Below are positions 28,586 to 43,613 of a stretch of DNA of 64,000 bases, one piece after another. This stretch comes from Octopus vulgaris. Taxonomy: Eukaryota. The notes beneath the pieces were generated by a model that worked only from the letters and a program-made list of their open reading frames with translations, did not search any database and was not told the DNA's origin. Within the stretch, counting starts at the first letter, position 1. Every line of letters starts with the position of its first letter. The position numbers were made by a program, and so were the translations under genes. The DNA lies in NCBI GenBank assembly GCA_951406725.2, contig OX597835.1, positions 44,206,001 through 44,270,000 of the forward strand. Reading direction: 5' to 3'.

Positions 28586-29527
28586 ATAACTTATAAATGA
28601 GGGCAAACGAAAAAATTTTCTAATGCCATATGCCGAAAATTAGACATATTGTCCATAACCATTATAATTTTTCACAGAACGCACGCTACTCCAAAAAAGG
28701 TCGACAGATATTTCTAAAAAATTCCATTATTACCATAACGGACCGATTTCAGGGTTAATTCATAAGAACCCTCCCTTCGTCAATGATAAAATGTGGCAAA
28801 GAAATAAATGAGATACTTACTCATTCCCATTGAAGAAGCAAAAACTAAGTCATGAGCACAACTAAGTACGCCAAATACATCTAAAATAGAAATTCTCCAG
28901 CCCATTTGAGACACGTGCGATTTGAACTGAGGGTCTCACAGAGTGAGGGAGTCCGGAAGTGAACACTATTAAATTTATATTTAATGTAGGATAAAATTTT
29001 TTTCGAATATAATTTATCAATGGCCAGCATATTAAAAATACCTTTAAAGGTTAAATTTATAAACAAGTTATAAATGAGGGCAAACGAAAAAATGTTCTAA
29101 TGCCATATGCCGAAAATTAGACATATGGGCTGGAGAATTTCTATTTTGGATGTATTTGGCGTACTTAGTTGTGCTCATGACTTAGCTTTTGCTTCTTCAA
29201 TGGGTATGAGTAATTATCTCATTTATTTCTTTGCCACATTGATCACTGACGAAGGGAGGGTTCTTACGAACTAACCCTGAAATCGGTCCGATATGGTAAT
29301 AATGGAATTTTTTGGAAATTTCTGTCGATCTTTTTCAAGTAGCGTGCGTTCTGTGAAAAATTATAATGGTTATGGACAATATGTCATATTTCGGCATATG
29401 ACATTAGAAAATTTTTTCGTTTGCCCTTATTTATAAGTTGTTTATAAATTTAACCTTTAAAGGTATTTTTAATATGCTGGCCATTGATAAAAATTTTTTT
29501 CGAAAAAAATTTTATCCTACATTAAAT
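28586..29527. mobile_element. Large compound fold-back element (Penelope pLTR-like) between (TA)n tracts
   Basis: About 28586-28905 is inverted relative to about 29126-29440; about 28970-29125 is a second inverted partial copy of the 3' part. Confidence 0.8.
29242..29292 (+). ncRNA. Hammerhead ribozyme motif
   Basis: atca-CTGACGA-agggagggttcttacgaactaaccct-GAAA-tcgg-TC-cgat; stems I and III imperfect. Confidence 0.55.
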
Positions 29528-30500
29528 ATATATATATATATATATACATGTATGTATGTATACGACGAGCTTCCTTTCAGTTTCCGTCTACCCAATCCAC
29601 TCACAAGTCTTTGGTCGACTCGACGCCATGGTAGAATACGCTCAAGGTGAAAGACAGCGGGACTGAATGCGTGTGTAGATATACATTTACATATTTATTT
29701 TATATATAGGGCACGTATACTTATTCACGGTATATGCACACACACACACACACGTATCAAGACATACATTTAAAGGTCAATCGTTTTGTAGTCTTTAGTC
29801 TATTAGTGTTTTGGCTATATTTTATGCAGAAAAAAGAAGAAAAAAAAGATGATGAAAACCGCTCATTTTGAAGGCGTTATGATAATATTTTGCAATATTG
29901 TTGATTGAAGGTTCAGCCTACGAGACGAAGGATAAACGAACACTAAATATTATTCTTAACATTCTTAATATGCCTGACGTGTTTGGCTTGATTCTATAAT
30001 AAGGAAATTCACATTTATTTCGATGAGTTCGTATCGCCGTTCATTGAAATTCCTGAAATTAATAAGTAAAATATTCCCTGCATAGAACGTTCCATGCTTG
30101 TTATTCGCTTGGTTTAATCAATGAATGGCAACAGCATTGTGTAGATTAGCTGCCTTTTTGCTTCAACGCTGCTTACATGAGAGAATGCCCTGAGGACATA
30201 TTAAAAAGCCTGCTGTATGTTCGTAGTTCAGAACTAGAATTGGGGAAAGAGCGCCATATTAGGGTTAAAATAAAACCTATTTTGTAGTTATTAATGTTGG
30301 TATTTCGAAGTGAAATATATCATCGTTGCAAATATTTGAGGCTATATAATGTTTAGCTCAACTACAAAATATATGTGGATGTATATGCGCTTTAATGACT
30401 ATCATATATATGTACATATACACATATATATGTATGTATGTATGTAAGTATGTATGTATGTATGTATGTATGTATGTATGTATGTATGTATGTATGTATG

Positions 30501-30531
<31 letters not shown>

Positions 30532-30827
30532 TCATGCATGCATATATGTATGTATGTATATATATATAAAGTGGTATATGAATTTGATGCAAGGTTATAC
30601 ACATACATGTCTATGTATGCTTGAGAATGTGCGTGTGTCCATATATATATAGACATATACTTCAATATATATAATAATACATACGCACAATGAAATACAT
30701 TTTTATATATATAATAAGGGAATTAATATGAGTGTATATACAGAAATTGTTTGCGTACCATAAAATTCGTATTAAAAAAAAAACATGTATGTATGTATGT
30801 ATGTATGTATGTATGTATGTATGTATG

Positions 30828-30873
<46 letters not shown>

Positions 30874-31454
30874 AGTATAGGTATATGTATGTCTGTTTGT
30901 ATGTATATACGGGTTTTTAGTGAGTGGGGTAGAAAGAGCATGCTGCATTTTGGAGATGATAACCAGCGTGAGTTCTTGACGCCAACATGGCGCCTTAGAG
31001 ATTTCATTCTACGATCTCTACTGCGCGCATGCGTTGCTGCTGTTACATGTTTATCAGCATGCATAAAATATGCATACATATCTGAATATGTTCATCACTA
31101 TATATATATGTATATATATTTATATATGGACCACCGCACTATACATATATATATATATACATATATATACATATACAAATGGGGCTAAAGTTGATTGAGA
31201 GTCTTATTTCCTACTTCGTATAACATTTGTTTCGTTGCTTCATTTCCCTATGAATGCATCTTTTCGCATTCTTTGTTTCTTTTGTTGCAAATCGCCCCCC
31301 CCTCATCCCAATGGATTAAGCATTCCTATCCGTCATCCAAACTCAATGTTTGCTTTCGTTTCTCCATTTTCACGTTTCCGCTTTTGTTTCCGCATTTTTA
31401 TCACTTAAGTCTGATCAAATAACAATCGTTTTGCTTATGATTGTTTATTATTTA

Positions 31455-31613
31455 TCATCATCATCATCATTATTATTATTATTATTATTATTATTGTTGT
31501 TATTGTTATTATTATTATTATTGTTGTTGTTATTATTATTATCATTATTATTATTATTATTATTATCATTATTATTATTATTATTGTTATTATTATTATT
31601 ATTGTCATTGTTA

Positions 31614-31645
<32 letters not shown>

Positions 31646-31844
31646 GTTGTTATTGTTATTATTATTATTATTGTTGTTGTTATTATTATTATCATTATTA
31701 TTATTATTATTATTATCATTATTATTATTATTATTGTTATTATTATTATTATTGTCATTGTTATTGTTATTATTATTATTATTATTGTTATTGTTATTAT
31801 TATTATCATTATTATTATTATTATTATCATTATTATTATTATTA

Positions 31845-31903
<59 letters not shown>

Positions 31904-32015
31904 GTCATTGTTATTGTTATTATTATTATTATTATTATTGTTATTGTTATTATTATTATCATTATTATTATTATTATTATCATTATTATTATTATTATTG
32001 TTATTATTATTATTA

Positions 32016-32053
<38 letters not shown>

Positions 32054-32105
32054 GTCATTGTTATTGTTATTATTATTATTATTATTGTTATTGTTATTAT
32101 TATTA

Positions 32106-32149
<44 letters not shown>

Positions 32150-32168
32150 GTTATTGTTATTATTGTTA

Positions 32169-32200
<32 letters not shown>

Positions 32201-32360
32201 GTTATTGTTATTATTATCATTATTATTATTATTATTGTTATTATTATTATTATTATTATTATTGTTGTTATTGTTATTATTATTATTATTATTATTGTTG
32301 TTGTTATTATTATTATTATTGTCATTGTTATTGTTATTATTATTATTATTATTATTGTTA

Positions 32361-32419
<59 letters not shown>

Positions 32420-32420
32420 G
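31455..32420. repeat. About 1-kb (TTA)n array with TTG/TCA variants and higher-order structure
   Basis: Marker attgtcattg recurs at 31601, 31751, 31901, 32051 and 32318. Confidence 0.95.
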
Positions 32421-32714
32421 GTCTTGATACAGATATTGTCAGAGTTACTTTTATCATCATCGTTGTCATCACTATCCTCCCGTCCTTCTTTATATTCCAA
32501 GTTCAAATTCCGCCGATGTTGCCTTTCAGCTTTTCAGCATTTCGAAGTCGATAAAATTAGTACCAGTTGAACCCTGCGGTCTATGTAATCGACTTTATCC
32601 TCTGTCCTCGAGATTGCTGGCCTGGTGCCGAAATTCGAAATTGTAATCATCATCATCACCACCACCACCACCACCACCATCATCATCACCACCACCACCA
32701 CCATCATCATCATT

Positions 32715-32748
<34 letters not shown>

Positions 32749-32769
32749 ATATTGAAGACGTCGCGCATT

Positions 32770-34140
<1,371 letters not shown>

Positions 34141-35734
34141 AAGGACCATTTAATTCCATCCCCTCTCTCGTGCTTCTTAGATGCGACTTTGTATAGAGGA
34201 ACTGTACCAAATGATTACATTAAAATCCACATTAATTGATATAAAACATGAACAAGTCCCACGGTGTTTGCACAAACACGGTAAGACTTTTAAAAGGTGT
34301 AACGATAATCCTTGGTAACCAAAGTCCAAACAACAATTGAGCTTGATACAACGGATAGAATAACATAACCTAAGCATAATAAAAATTTAATAACCTTCAT
34401 CAGTAAACTAACAAACACACTACCCAATGTATAATGATAATCATGGGCAGCTGAACCCAAAAGATTAATAGATAAGCAAACAAGATCTATTCAGGAGACG
34501 CACGACGCAAAATGAAAATAAAGCAAGCAAACCCGTTAAAATGAAGAAGGACTCTTACAAGTGCATTACTCTCAATATTGAGCTATTCATTATCTGACCT
34601 AACTTGGGGCAGCGACTGATGTGAATTTGAGGTCAGCAGCAATAATTAACAAAGATCACCAAATTGACGGACGCTAATAAAGCTGCACCGATAATAATGC
34701 AAAGTTGCATTTACAATCGTGAGTGGTCGGTGCAACGGAACCCCGTGCACGTCATTATAATATGGTGCATAAAATTATCAAATTAATTTTGTGTTTATAC
34801 ACGTCTCCATATTGTTTATTATTGATAATAATATATATTCCAGACCAATTTTGCAGTCCAGCGATAAATACACGAAATAACCCAGCAATGGAATCACAGA
34901 GTGACTTAACGAGGAATAGTGGTCACAGAATTTGTTGAATGCTGATCGAAATGGTAGAACTTAACTAAGAGCAAATACGGTATATATAGGCATCCGTATA
35001 TTGCTTAGACTGGTAGTCTGACCAGTAGAAAATTCCAACTACATAATGAAGGCAAAATCGTCCGGCAGATCAAAGATCGGCTGTGAGAAATACGTAGCTC
35101 CAGCGAGTAACAAATGCAGAAACGATGAACAAAGGATCACAGAAGACAAGAATTAATTTGCGTAAGTCGCTACTTATGAATATTCACGATGCATGAATAT
35201 TTTCAAGCAAGAAATGCCGAAGATAGTCGCCTATTGCTTCATACAAGCTAGAAATATTTTGGGGTGATTTGTTGTGTATAATTGCCTCATTATAAACATG
35301 TTTGTGCATAATATGCATTTTAACATCAATCAGTCGCCGAATCTTTGAATCAGCTGCAAAAACCATCTTCGTCTTGTAATTTGAACATGTATATGTAACA
35401 CCATATGTAATTTAATTACTGATATTCATAATTGTGTGTACCTACCTACCTACCTACCTACCTACCTACCTACCTACCTACCTACCTACCTACCTACCTA
35501 CCTACCTACCTACCTACCTCCCAACCAACCAACCAACCAACCCACGTACCTACCTACATACCTCCCTCGCTCCCTCAATACCTACCTGCCTATCTATCTA
35601 TTTGTCTGTCAGTCTATTAGCTATCTGTCTAATACCCATCTATAAATGTATATTTATACATGCATATATATATGTATGCATATATATATATGTCTATGTA
35701 GGTATATATATATATATATATATATACAGATATA

Positions 35735-35774
<40 letters not shown>

Positions 35775-35859
35775 TGTTCATATATAGTTATATATATATA
35801 TACATAAACCTCTCTCTCTCACTCTCTCTCACTCTCTCTCTCTCTCTCTCTCTCTCTCC

Positions 35860-35892
<33 letters not shown>

Positions 35893-35952
35893 GTGTGTGT
35901 GTGTAGAGAGAGAGGTTTATGTATGTATATATATAACTATATATGAACATTC

Positions 35953-36029
<77 letters not shown>

Positions 36030-36032
36030 TAT

Positions 36033-36163
36033 ATCGGCATCTGAAACTCAGAGTTTTATCTTGACTATTGAGTAATTGTAACATATTATTTTTTAGATAA
36101 ATTTCCTCTATTTACATAATATTGAGGTCTCTTTCTCTTGTTATCTTACCGTTTTTACCAATA
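36033..36163 (+). mobile_element. 3' half of a hammerhead plus tail (family of 23063-23232), between (TA)n tracts
   Basis: tcggcatctGAAActcagagTTttatct followed by the tail ..ttaccgtttttaccaata. Confidence 0.7.
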
Positions 36164-36169
36164 TATATA

Positions 36170-36226
<57 letters not shown>

Positions 36227-36256
36227 TGTTTATATATATATATATATATATATATT

Positions 36257-36596
36257 ACGGAGATGTACTCGCATCGCAAGTGATTTGATCCGAGAACGTG
36301 TGCTGAAACGAAAACAATTGCAGCGTGGAAGGCGTTTGTAAGCCATTTAAGAAACACACAAAAGCCGTTCGATTCACTTCAACATTTAAGTTTAATTTGT
36401 CAAAATATTTTCGTCGCTAAAATCCGCGACCTGTTCACTGACAAAAATCAATAGAGATGCAGTACAGATTTTTGTCAGTGATCAGGTCGCGGATTTTAGC
36501 GACGAAAAAAAAAATATTTTGGCAAATTAAAATTAAATGTTGAAGTGAATCGAACGGCTTTTGTGTGTTTCTTAAATGGCTTACAAACACCTTCCA
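36257..36596. mobile_element. Fold-back element with about 124-bp inverted arms carrying variant hammerhead motifs
   Basis: 36326-36449 versus 36467-36596, 17-nt spacer; starts at a (TA)n tract. Confidence 0.8.
36398..36443 (-). ncRNA. Hammerhead-fold motif with a G3/C8 core (GUGAACA)
   Basis: tgtca-GTGAACA-g-gtcgc-ggatttta-gcgac-GAAA-atat-TT-tgaca; perfect 5-bp stems I and II. Confidence 0.6.
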
Positions 36597-37007
36597 GTTG
36601 GTCGTATAAAAACCCAGCAACTTACATATTTTATTTACTGATCAAGATACTTTATCACACCCGTCGTTCCTTCATAGAAACCGTCATGTGACAAATTCAT
36701 ATAAGCATTGGTCATATATCTAGAGGTAGGAGCCTTCATATGATGTAAGATGTTAGCATTGCAGGAGATCATAAGTCTACATACATCAGATTATCTATGT
36801 CATATTTCATTTGCGTTGCAACAGGTCGCACGTCTACATATATGACCCTACTTACGACAGTTTCTATTCGGTTGCTTAGAGAACATATATCCACGTGCGA
36901 GCTCTATGATGTGTCCCAATAAATGATTACAGCTCACATACATACATGACATTTTCTACAAATCATGCTTTATCGTAGCTATATATGCTATATATATATA
37001 TAAATAA

Positions 37008-37043
<36 letters not shown>

Positions 37044-37740
37044 CCCAAAAATAGGCAACAAGAATGGATCCGGTAATCTTGTTCCTTATATTTTGGTTAT
37101 AATCACCCCACATAATTTTATGGGTAATACCATAAAAAATTCTAGTGCATCTAAATCAAGTACCATATTCATTTGAATCTAAATTGTTTTGCTGAACGTA
37201 TATATATATATATATATATATAGTTATATATATAGTTATTTATTAGAAGGTTTGGAGTTGATGTACAGTTATTATATATTATTATTCTTATTTCTTCTAA
37301 TATATATATGTGACCACGTGTGTATCGTTGGCGATGTTTTTCCCTCCGTCTTCCCTTCTCTGGATCTTTCCTTTTCCTCTGTTTCTGACGAAGAGCTCCA
37401 CTATATTTGTTCCACTTCCTCGCGTTGTTGTGTTTTCTCTTTGTGTTTTCATGTTTGGATTAACTACATATATATATATATACACGCTCAGATTTCGTTG
37501 TGTGCTATCTAGGAGTAATATTATACGTACTTCCGGGTTTGTGTTTGGGCTTCTGTCGTGTGTGAATAAGTAATTGATCAGTCTTTTTCAATTATATATA
37601 TATATATATATATATGTGCACGGAGTCTGGACAAATTTCTTCAAGGGATACCAGATAAGCTACCTATACCTGGATACAACTCATTGTTCTCCACCACAGT
37701 TTATAGGGGTTACTAGCCCCTATGGCGAATTGTAATAAAT

Positions 37741-38275
37741 CTACTACTAATATAGGATGAAGTTTTTTTACAGAAATCAATTTCATGAAAAAAGTGTCAG
37801 CATATTAAAATACCTTTAAAGGTTAAAATTTTAAACAACTGAGGCTAACCAAAGGATTTTATATTTAGATATATCTGGCGTACTTATGTGTACTCATGAC
37901 TTTTGCTTCGGCTTTTTTTCCATGGGCGCATATAAGTATTTCATTTATTTCTATTCATATTTTCTACTGAAGAGGAAAAAATCTATGAGATTAATTCCGA
38001 AATTGATTCAATATAGAAATAACGAACTTTTAAAAAAAAATTCTGTTGGCTAGTTTTCCTCGAGTTCAGCACAACGTATTTCTGTAGTGGGTATATAATA
38101 ATAGGTGGAAATTGATGATTTAAAAGTCTGTTATCAGCATATTGGCATAGAAATAATTTTCTTTTGCCCTTGTTTATAAGTTGTTTGTAATTTTAACCTT
38201 TAAACGTATTTTAATATACTGCCACTGTTTTCATGAAAGTTTTTTTCTGTAAAAAATCTTCATCCTATATTAGTA

Positions 38276-38278
<3 letters not shown>
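37741..38278 (+). mobile_element. Fold-back pLTR-like element related to 28586-29527
   Basis: 37741-37840 is inverted relative to 38178-38278; contains CTGAAGA (37967-37973) ggaa..ttcc GAAA (37999-38002); shares ggcgtactta..ctcatgactt with 29158-29182. Confidence 0.75.
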
Positions 38279-38354
<76 letters not shown>

Positions 38355-38477
38355 TATATGAAAGAATGGAGTTGAACGACTAGTTAACAAATATCCTTTA
38401 TTCTCGACATATGTTTCGAAGGCTGCATATTCCTAATTCCGAAGGACAGTAACCATGCAAAAGCTATCACCGATAAT

Positions 38478-39772
38478 TTGGTTAAAAATATATCTTTAAG
38501 ACTATCTAAGTTATCAGCAAATGTCGACATTTTTAAACAGAAAGCAGAATTTTATAATGCCGCCATGTCAAAGGCCGGTTATAGGGATAAGGTATCATAC
38601 ATCGATGCGGCCCATCCTAAACTAAGATCTACCCATCAAGATAAGATAACTTCTAATAATAATATAAATAACATAAATAGTGATTTCAGCTCTAGCAACG
38701 TCGACACAAATATATTTTACAATAATAATTTACGGACCAGAGGAGGCCAGCGTAAACCTAAACACAGAAATATACCCTTTAATGTAAATGTCAACACTCT
38801 CAGCCATTCCAAGAACAAAACAAACTATATCTGGTTTGTGATTCCTTTCGGGAGACAAATCAGGTCTAATCTCCCTTTACAATTCCGTGAAGCCGTTGCT
38901 AAGAATTTTCCTTGGAATTCTAGATACTACTCTACTATAAATTCGCATAAAGTAAGAATAGCATTCTCAAATACTAAAAGTCTTTCGCAGATAATAGCTT
39001 CCCACAATAATAAGCTGCTAAATAGGGTCTCTCCACCCATGAGTAGCGACACCGCCCTTACCCATTCCAACGTAACATACATTAATAATAATAATAGAAG
39101 TAGTATGGATATTAGCAACATTCATAGCAGCATTAGCGTTAGCAATAGTAATAATGATAATAACATTAACCAGATTATTAATAGTGGTGGTGTTAGTGGT
39201 AATAGTACCAGCATTCTTAATAACAGTTATATTATTGATGATAACAATCGCAGCATTCCTATAGCCAGGGAATTTGCCGACGATATTACGACTAATAGTA
39301 ATGATAATAAGATGAATAGTATCGTGGCCAAAGCCAGCAACAATTTTTAGTATCGGAAACCAACCCCAACAGATTAAAGTTCCTATCCCCAAATTCCAAA
39401 ATTAGAAACACCACTTACCAATGCAAAATCTCTTCTTTAACCGATGTCTACTTCTATATTGGCGCAACCTCTTCTAAATTATCCCAAAGGATCTCCAACC
39501 ATTATTCCACTTTCAGAGATAAGAGAAAGCAACACAGCACGGGGCTAAGCAAATTAGTCTGGCGTCTGAAGAACAATAACACTACGTTCAAGCTCGAATG
39601 GTCCATTTTGTCGGTGTCCTTCCCGTTTGATAAAGGCAAAAAATGTTGTGGCATCTGTAATTCCGAACTTTTTCATATTTTGTTCGCCAAAGTCCCTTTA
39701 ATAAACACAATCGTCGAAAGATCCTACAGGTGTTTACACTGGAAAAGACACACCTTTCACTCATATAGATAG
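38478..39772 (+). pseudogene. Penelope-like ORF C-terminus: RT thumb/linker plus GIY-YIG endonuclease, one frameshift near 39350
   Basis: ISLRLSKLSAN..YNAAMSKAGY and IWFVIPF..FP.NSRYYSTINSHKVRIAFS..IIASHNNKLL; the shifted frame gives TYQCKI..YFYIGATSSKLSQRISNHYSTF..STGLSKLVWRLK..LEWSIL..CGICNSE..CLH, stop 39770-39772. Confidence 0.88.
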
Positions 39773-40308
39773 TGACTAATATAGATAACCCCTCGATTTC
39801 CCAAAATTGTTTTTCCTATATTTCACCCCAATAGTCAAAAAGATTTTCTTATATTCCCAATTACTATTATCCATTCTTGCGTTGCCTCTCACCTCGCCCG
39901 ATTCTTTCTCCCTTCATTTCTCTACAGTAAACATAATCGAACACACAGACACAGATCTTTCACCTCACAGGTGTCAGTTTTCTGACATCTACCCATCCAC
40001 AAACACAATCAGGCATTCAGACACACACATACACACATTAAGACAGTTATATACAGTCACACACACAGGCACTCATTCACAAAAGAAATCATTCAAACCC
40101 ACCATTCTTTTGACATGCACTCTCTCACCTTACTATTCTTATGCCTCCCTCCTCCTACTTCGTTTGAACTCTTGAACCTTTAGAAACTTCTAGATTCTTC
40201 TACAGTCAGCCACTCTGACGTCACTCATTATAAAGAGACACTCATTATCGCCATGGGCTCCTTGAGAGCGGTCAGCTAAAAGTTTTTTGTGTATTTTGAT
40301 TCCTTGAT

Positions 40309-40388
40309 TTTCCTGATGAGAAATCTGCATAATGTACTCCTTATTCCTCGGAATTAGGAATATGCAGCCTTCGAAACATATGTCGAGA
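40309..40388 (+). ncRNA. Hammerhead ribozyme in the Penelope pLTR
   Basis: tttc-CTGATGA-gaaatctgcata...tatgcagccttc-GAAA-catatg-TC-gaga; extended stem II, palindromic stem III, GUC triplet. Confidence 0.8.
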
Positions 40389-40600
40389 TTAAAGGATATT
40401 TGTTAACTAGTCGTTCAACTCCATTCTTTCATATACTTATAATTTTAAAATAAACGTACAAATTTCCGCACGAAGACACGTAGTCTATGCCCTAGGGACG
40501 TAGCTTCAACCGTGTTCTTTCTGATGTGAATTTGCTACCCAGGTATCGATTAGCTTTCGAATTATCCTTAATAAAATAATTCATTCAATTACTCAAATAA

Positions 40601-40682
<82 letters not shown>

Positions 40683-40697
40683 GTATATATATATATG

Positions 40698-40775
<78 letters not shown>

Positions 40776-40812
40776 GTGTGTGTGTGTGTGTGTACGTGTG
40801 TATGTGTGTGAA

Positions 40813-41022
40813 GGCAGCGAGCTGGCAGAAACGTTACCACGCCGGCCGAAATGCTTAGCGGTTTTCCGTCTCTCTGTACGTTCTGAGTTAAAATTCTGCG
40901 GAGGTCGACTTTGCCTTTCATTCTTTCGGGGTCGTTAAATTTAATACCAGCTGCATACTGGTAGATCTAATCGATTGGCCACCTCCCCTAAAATGTCCGG
41001 CCTTGTGCCTAGAGTAGAAAGA
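40813..41022 (+). mobile_element. Meta-like SINE monomer (ggccttgtgcctagagtagaaag tail type)
   Basis: Head ggcagcgagctggcagaaacgtta; body matches the right arm of the 14066-14455 dimer. Confidence 0.85.
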
Positions 41023-43016
41023 ACATGTGAGTGTATGTATGCATATATACACATACATAAATATCTGTATATATATTTATACATTTATATATATATATAT
41101 ATGCTATATATATATATGATATAAACATATATATACACATATGTATCTATCTATCTATATATATATATATGATATATACATATATAGACACATACATATA
41201 CATATATGATGCCTACACACACTCACACACACACACATATATATATATTATATATACATATATACTTACATATTCATACATATATATACACATATATACA
41301 TATGATATATACAAATATATTTTATATACACATATATATATACATGTGTTTGTGTGTGTATGTTTGTGTGCGTTATCTTTTCACCGTATTGCAATGAAAA
41401 TATTACACGTCAGCTCTCGTGAACTTCTCAACGATGCATCACATTAGCGTGGCAAGAAACCATATAATTACCTGCGTGACTTACTCTGTCATGTTAACAA
41501 GTGCGTGGTTACATTCTTATATCCACCCCTGTGACCTTTTCTACGATGAATCGCATTAGCGTTGCTTTAAAAAAAAAATGCATCTTAAATGAAAATCTCT
41601 TATACACTTGATACATTGCAGTTAAGACCAGAAATAAATTCTGTTTTACATAAAAACCAGACTTTCTGCGAAGAATGTTTTCTTTTGTTTTTCTTTTGTT
41701 TTATGACGGAATTTTCTTATTTACATATCATATTAGCATACATAAGATTTTAGTACGACTGATGAAAGTCAAACGCTTAATTCTCGAACTTTTAGTGCTG
41801 TAATTTTTCATCGTGTAAATATTTAGCACGGCTTTAAACAGATTTATTAGCCTGGGAAATCCAAAATGATATCAATAACTCGCAAGAAAAATTATATTCT
41901 TTGTAACATAACTACGAAAGTCTCCATCTAACTGGCACGTGCTGTGAACGTTGGGTGGAGGGGAAGGAGAAAGAAAGAAAGAGAGAATGAGAGAGAGAAA
42001 GAGAGAGAGAGAGAATGATGGTGATGTAAATGATGATAAAGAAAGGAAGGAGTTTGTGTGTGTGAGAGAAATAGGAAGACACTAAGACAGAAGGGGAACG
42101 AGAGAGATGGAAAGAGAGAGAAAGAGTAAGAGAGAAAGAAGAAGACAAAGATAGAAAGAGGAAGAGATAGAAAGAGGAAGAGAAAGAAAGAGGAAGAGAG
42201 AGAGTGTGAGAATGCCTGTTATACGTGATGGCGACCTTAGAGAAAGTAATGTTCCTAACTTCCGAAGAAAGATTTTGTATCTCCCAATGATGGATTTCGT
42301 AATCTTGGATGATCTGGGAGTAAATGCAAATTAGACTACAAGAAATTAGACTAAATAGACAATTAGACTACTATGCAGTCACGCGTTCTGCTGAACATAG
42401 CAGTCTAATCAGCTTTCAAATTATGTTAAATATCATCTTAAATAAATCGAATACAAATACCTGCAAATATAAATCTCAGGAAAATAAGGAAGGCATGATG
42501 TGTTTGGAAACGCCTTTGGTTAAAGATCTGTCCAGGAAATTGACAATAAAAGAACAGCAAATTCAGGAACAAAGACAACAAGAGCAGCAGCAGCAACCGC
42601 AGCAGCAGCAGCAGTAGCAGCAAGAATAACAACAACAACAACAAAGCAACAAGAACAAAAGAAAAAAACAAGAAAAACTCATCAGTAAGATCAACATCGT
42701 TTCTGGATTATAAAACGTTTTCGCTCTATTTTTTGTTGATCAGAAGATTATCATCTCCAAGTTCGGTTTTTAATTCCGCTGTTTAGTAACATGACCTACA
42801 TTTTTGATATTCTTTTTTGAGAATTCTTGTATTGTTTGGTGCCAAATAAGAACTTAATTATTTAAGACGGTATTCCGTATATAGGTCTGTCTGTGAGAGT
42901 ATATATGTGCGTGTGTGTATAAGCATAAGTGTATCTATATATATATGCATATACATATACACGTTATCACACACGTACATATATACACGCCAATGTATAT
43001 AAATATATATATATGT

Positions 43017-43345
43017 GGTGGCGAAATGGCCCAGTGGTTAGGGCAGCGGATTCGCGGTCGTGGAATCGCGGTTTCGATTCCCAGACCGAGTTTTGTGTGT
43101 GTTTATTGAGCGAAAAAACCTAAAGCTCCACTAGGCACCGGCAGGACCCTGTTGTACTCCTTTACCACAACTTTCACTCACTCTTTCTTCTTGCTTCTCT
43201 GTCACACTGAATCTCCCCGAGAACTCTGTTAAGGGTACACGTGTCTGTGGAGTGCTCAGCCACTTACACGTTAGTTTCACGAGCAGACTGTTCCGTTGAT
43301 TGGATCAACTGGAACCCTCGTCGTCGCAACCGACGGAATGCCACG
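43017..43345 (+). mobile_element. tRNA-derived SINE, third family
   Basis: A-box tggcccagtgg, B-box ggtttcgattccc; its 3' body also appears decayed on - at about 55780-55930. Confidence 0.75.
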
Positions 43346-43563
43346 ATATAAAAAAAAAAAGATATATGTGTTTGCGTGTGTGTCTATGTGTACCCTTTTA
43401 AGAGAAAATAAGATTGTAACCGGGCCCCGAAAATGTTTGAAAATAATGAAAGACTAACTTCCTTCGTTCTGTGAAGAAGAGTTGAAAGTAACTCTGCCCA
43501 ACCTCGTGACATCCTGCTCACGTCATCACATTCAGGGTTAGCCTTCGCATCATACACAACAAA

Positions 43564-43611
<48 letters not shown>

Positions 43612-43613
<2 letters not shown>

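Larger units (their letters stand above)
38351..40600 (+). mobile_element. 5'-truncated Penelope-like retroelement with an inverted partial pLTR
   Basis: 38351-38443 is the reverse complement of about 40348-40439; RT thumb and GIY-YIG coding remnant; hammerhead in the 3' pLTR; (TA)n on both flanks. Confidence 0.9.

Noticed and set aside
31455-32420. Regularly spaced repeats as a possible CRISPR array
   Set aside because: There are no unique spacers and no cas genes, and the context is eukaryotic microsatellite.
34400-34950. Unique stretch with several TAAT motifs as a putative enhancer
   Set aside because: TAAT is expected by chance at this AT content; conservation data would be needed.
42324-42617. 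ORF ending in poly-Q
   Set aside because: A short CAG/CAA run with no recognisable domain; likely a chance ORF.
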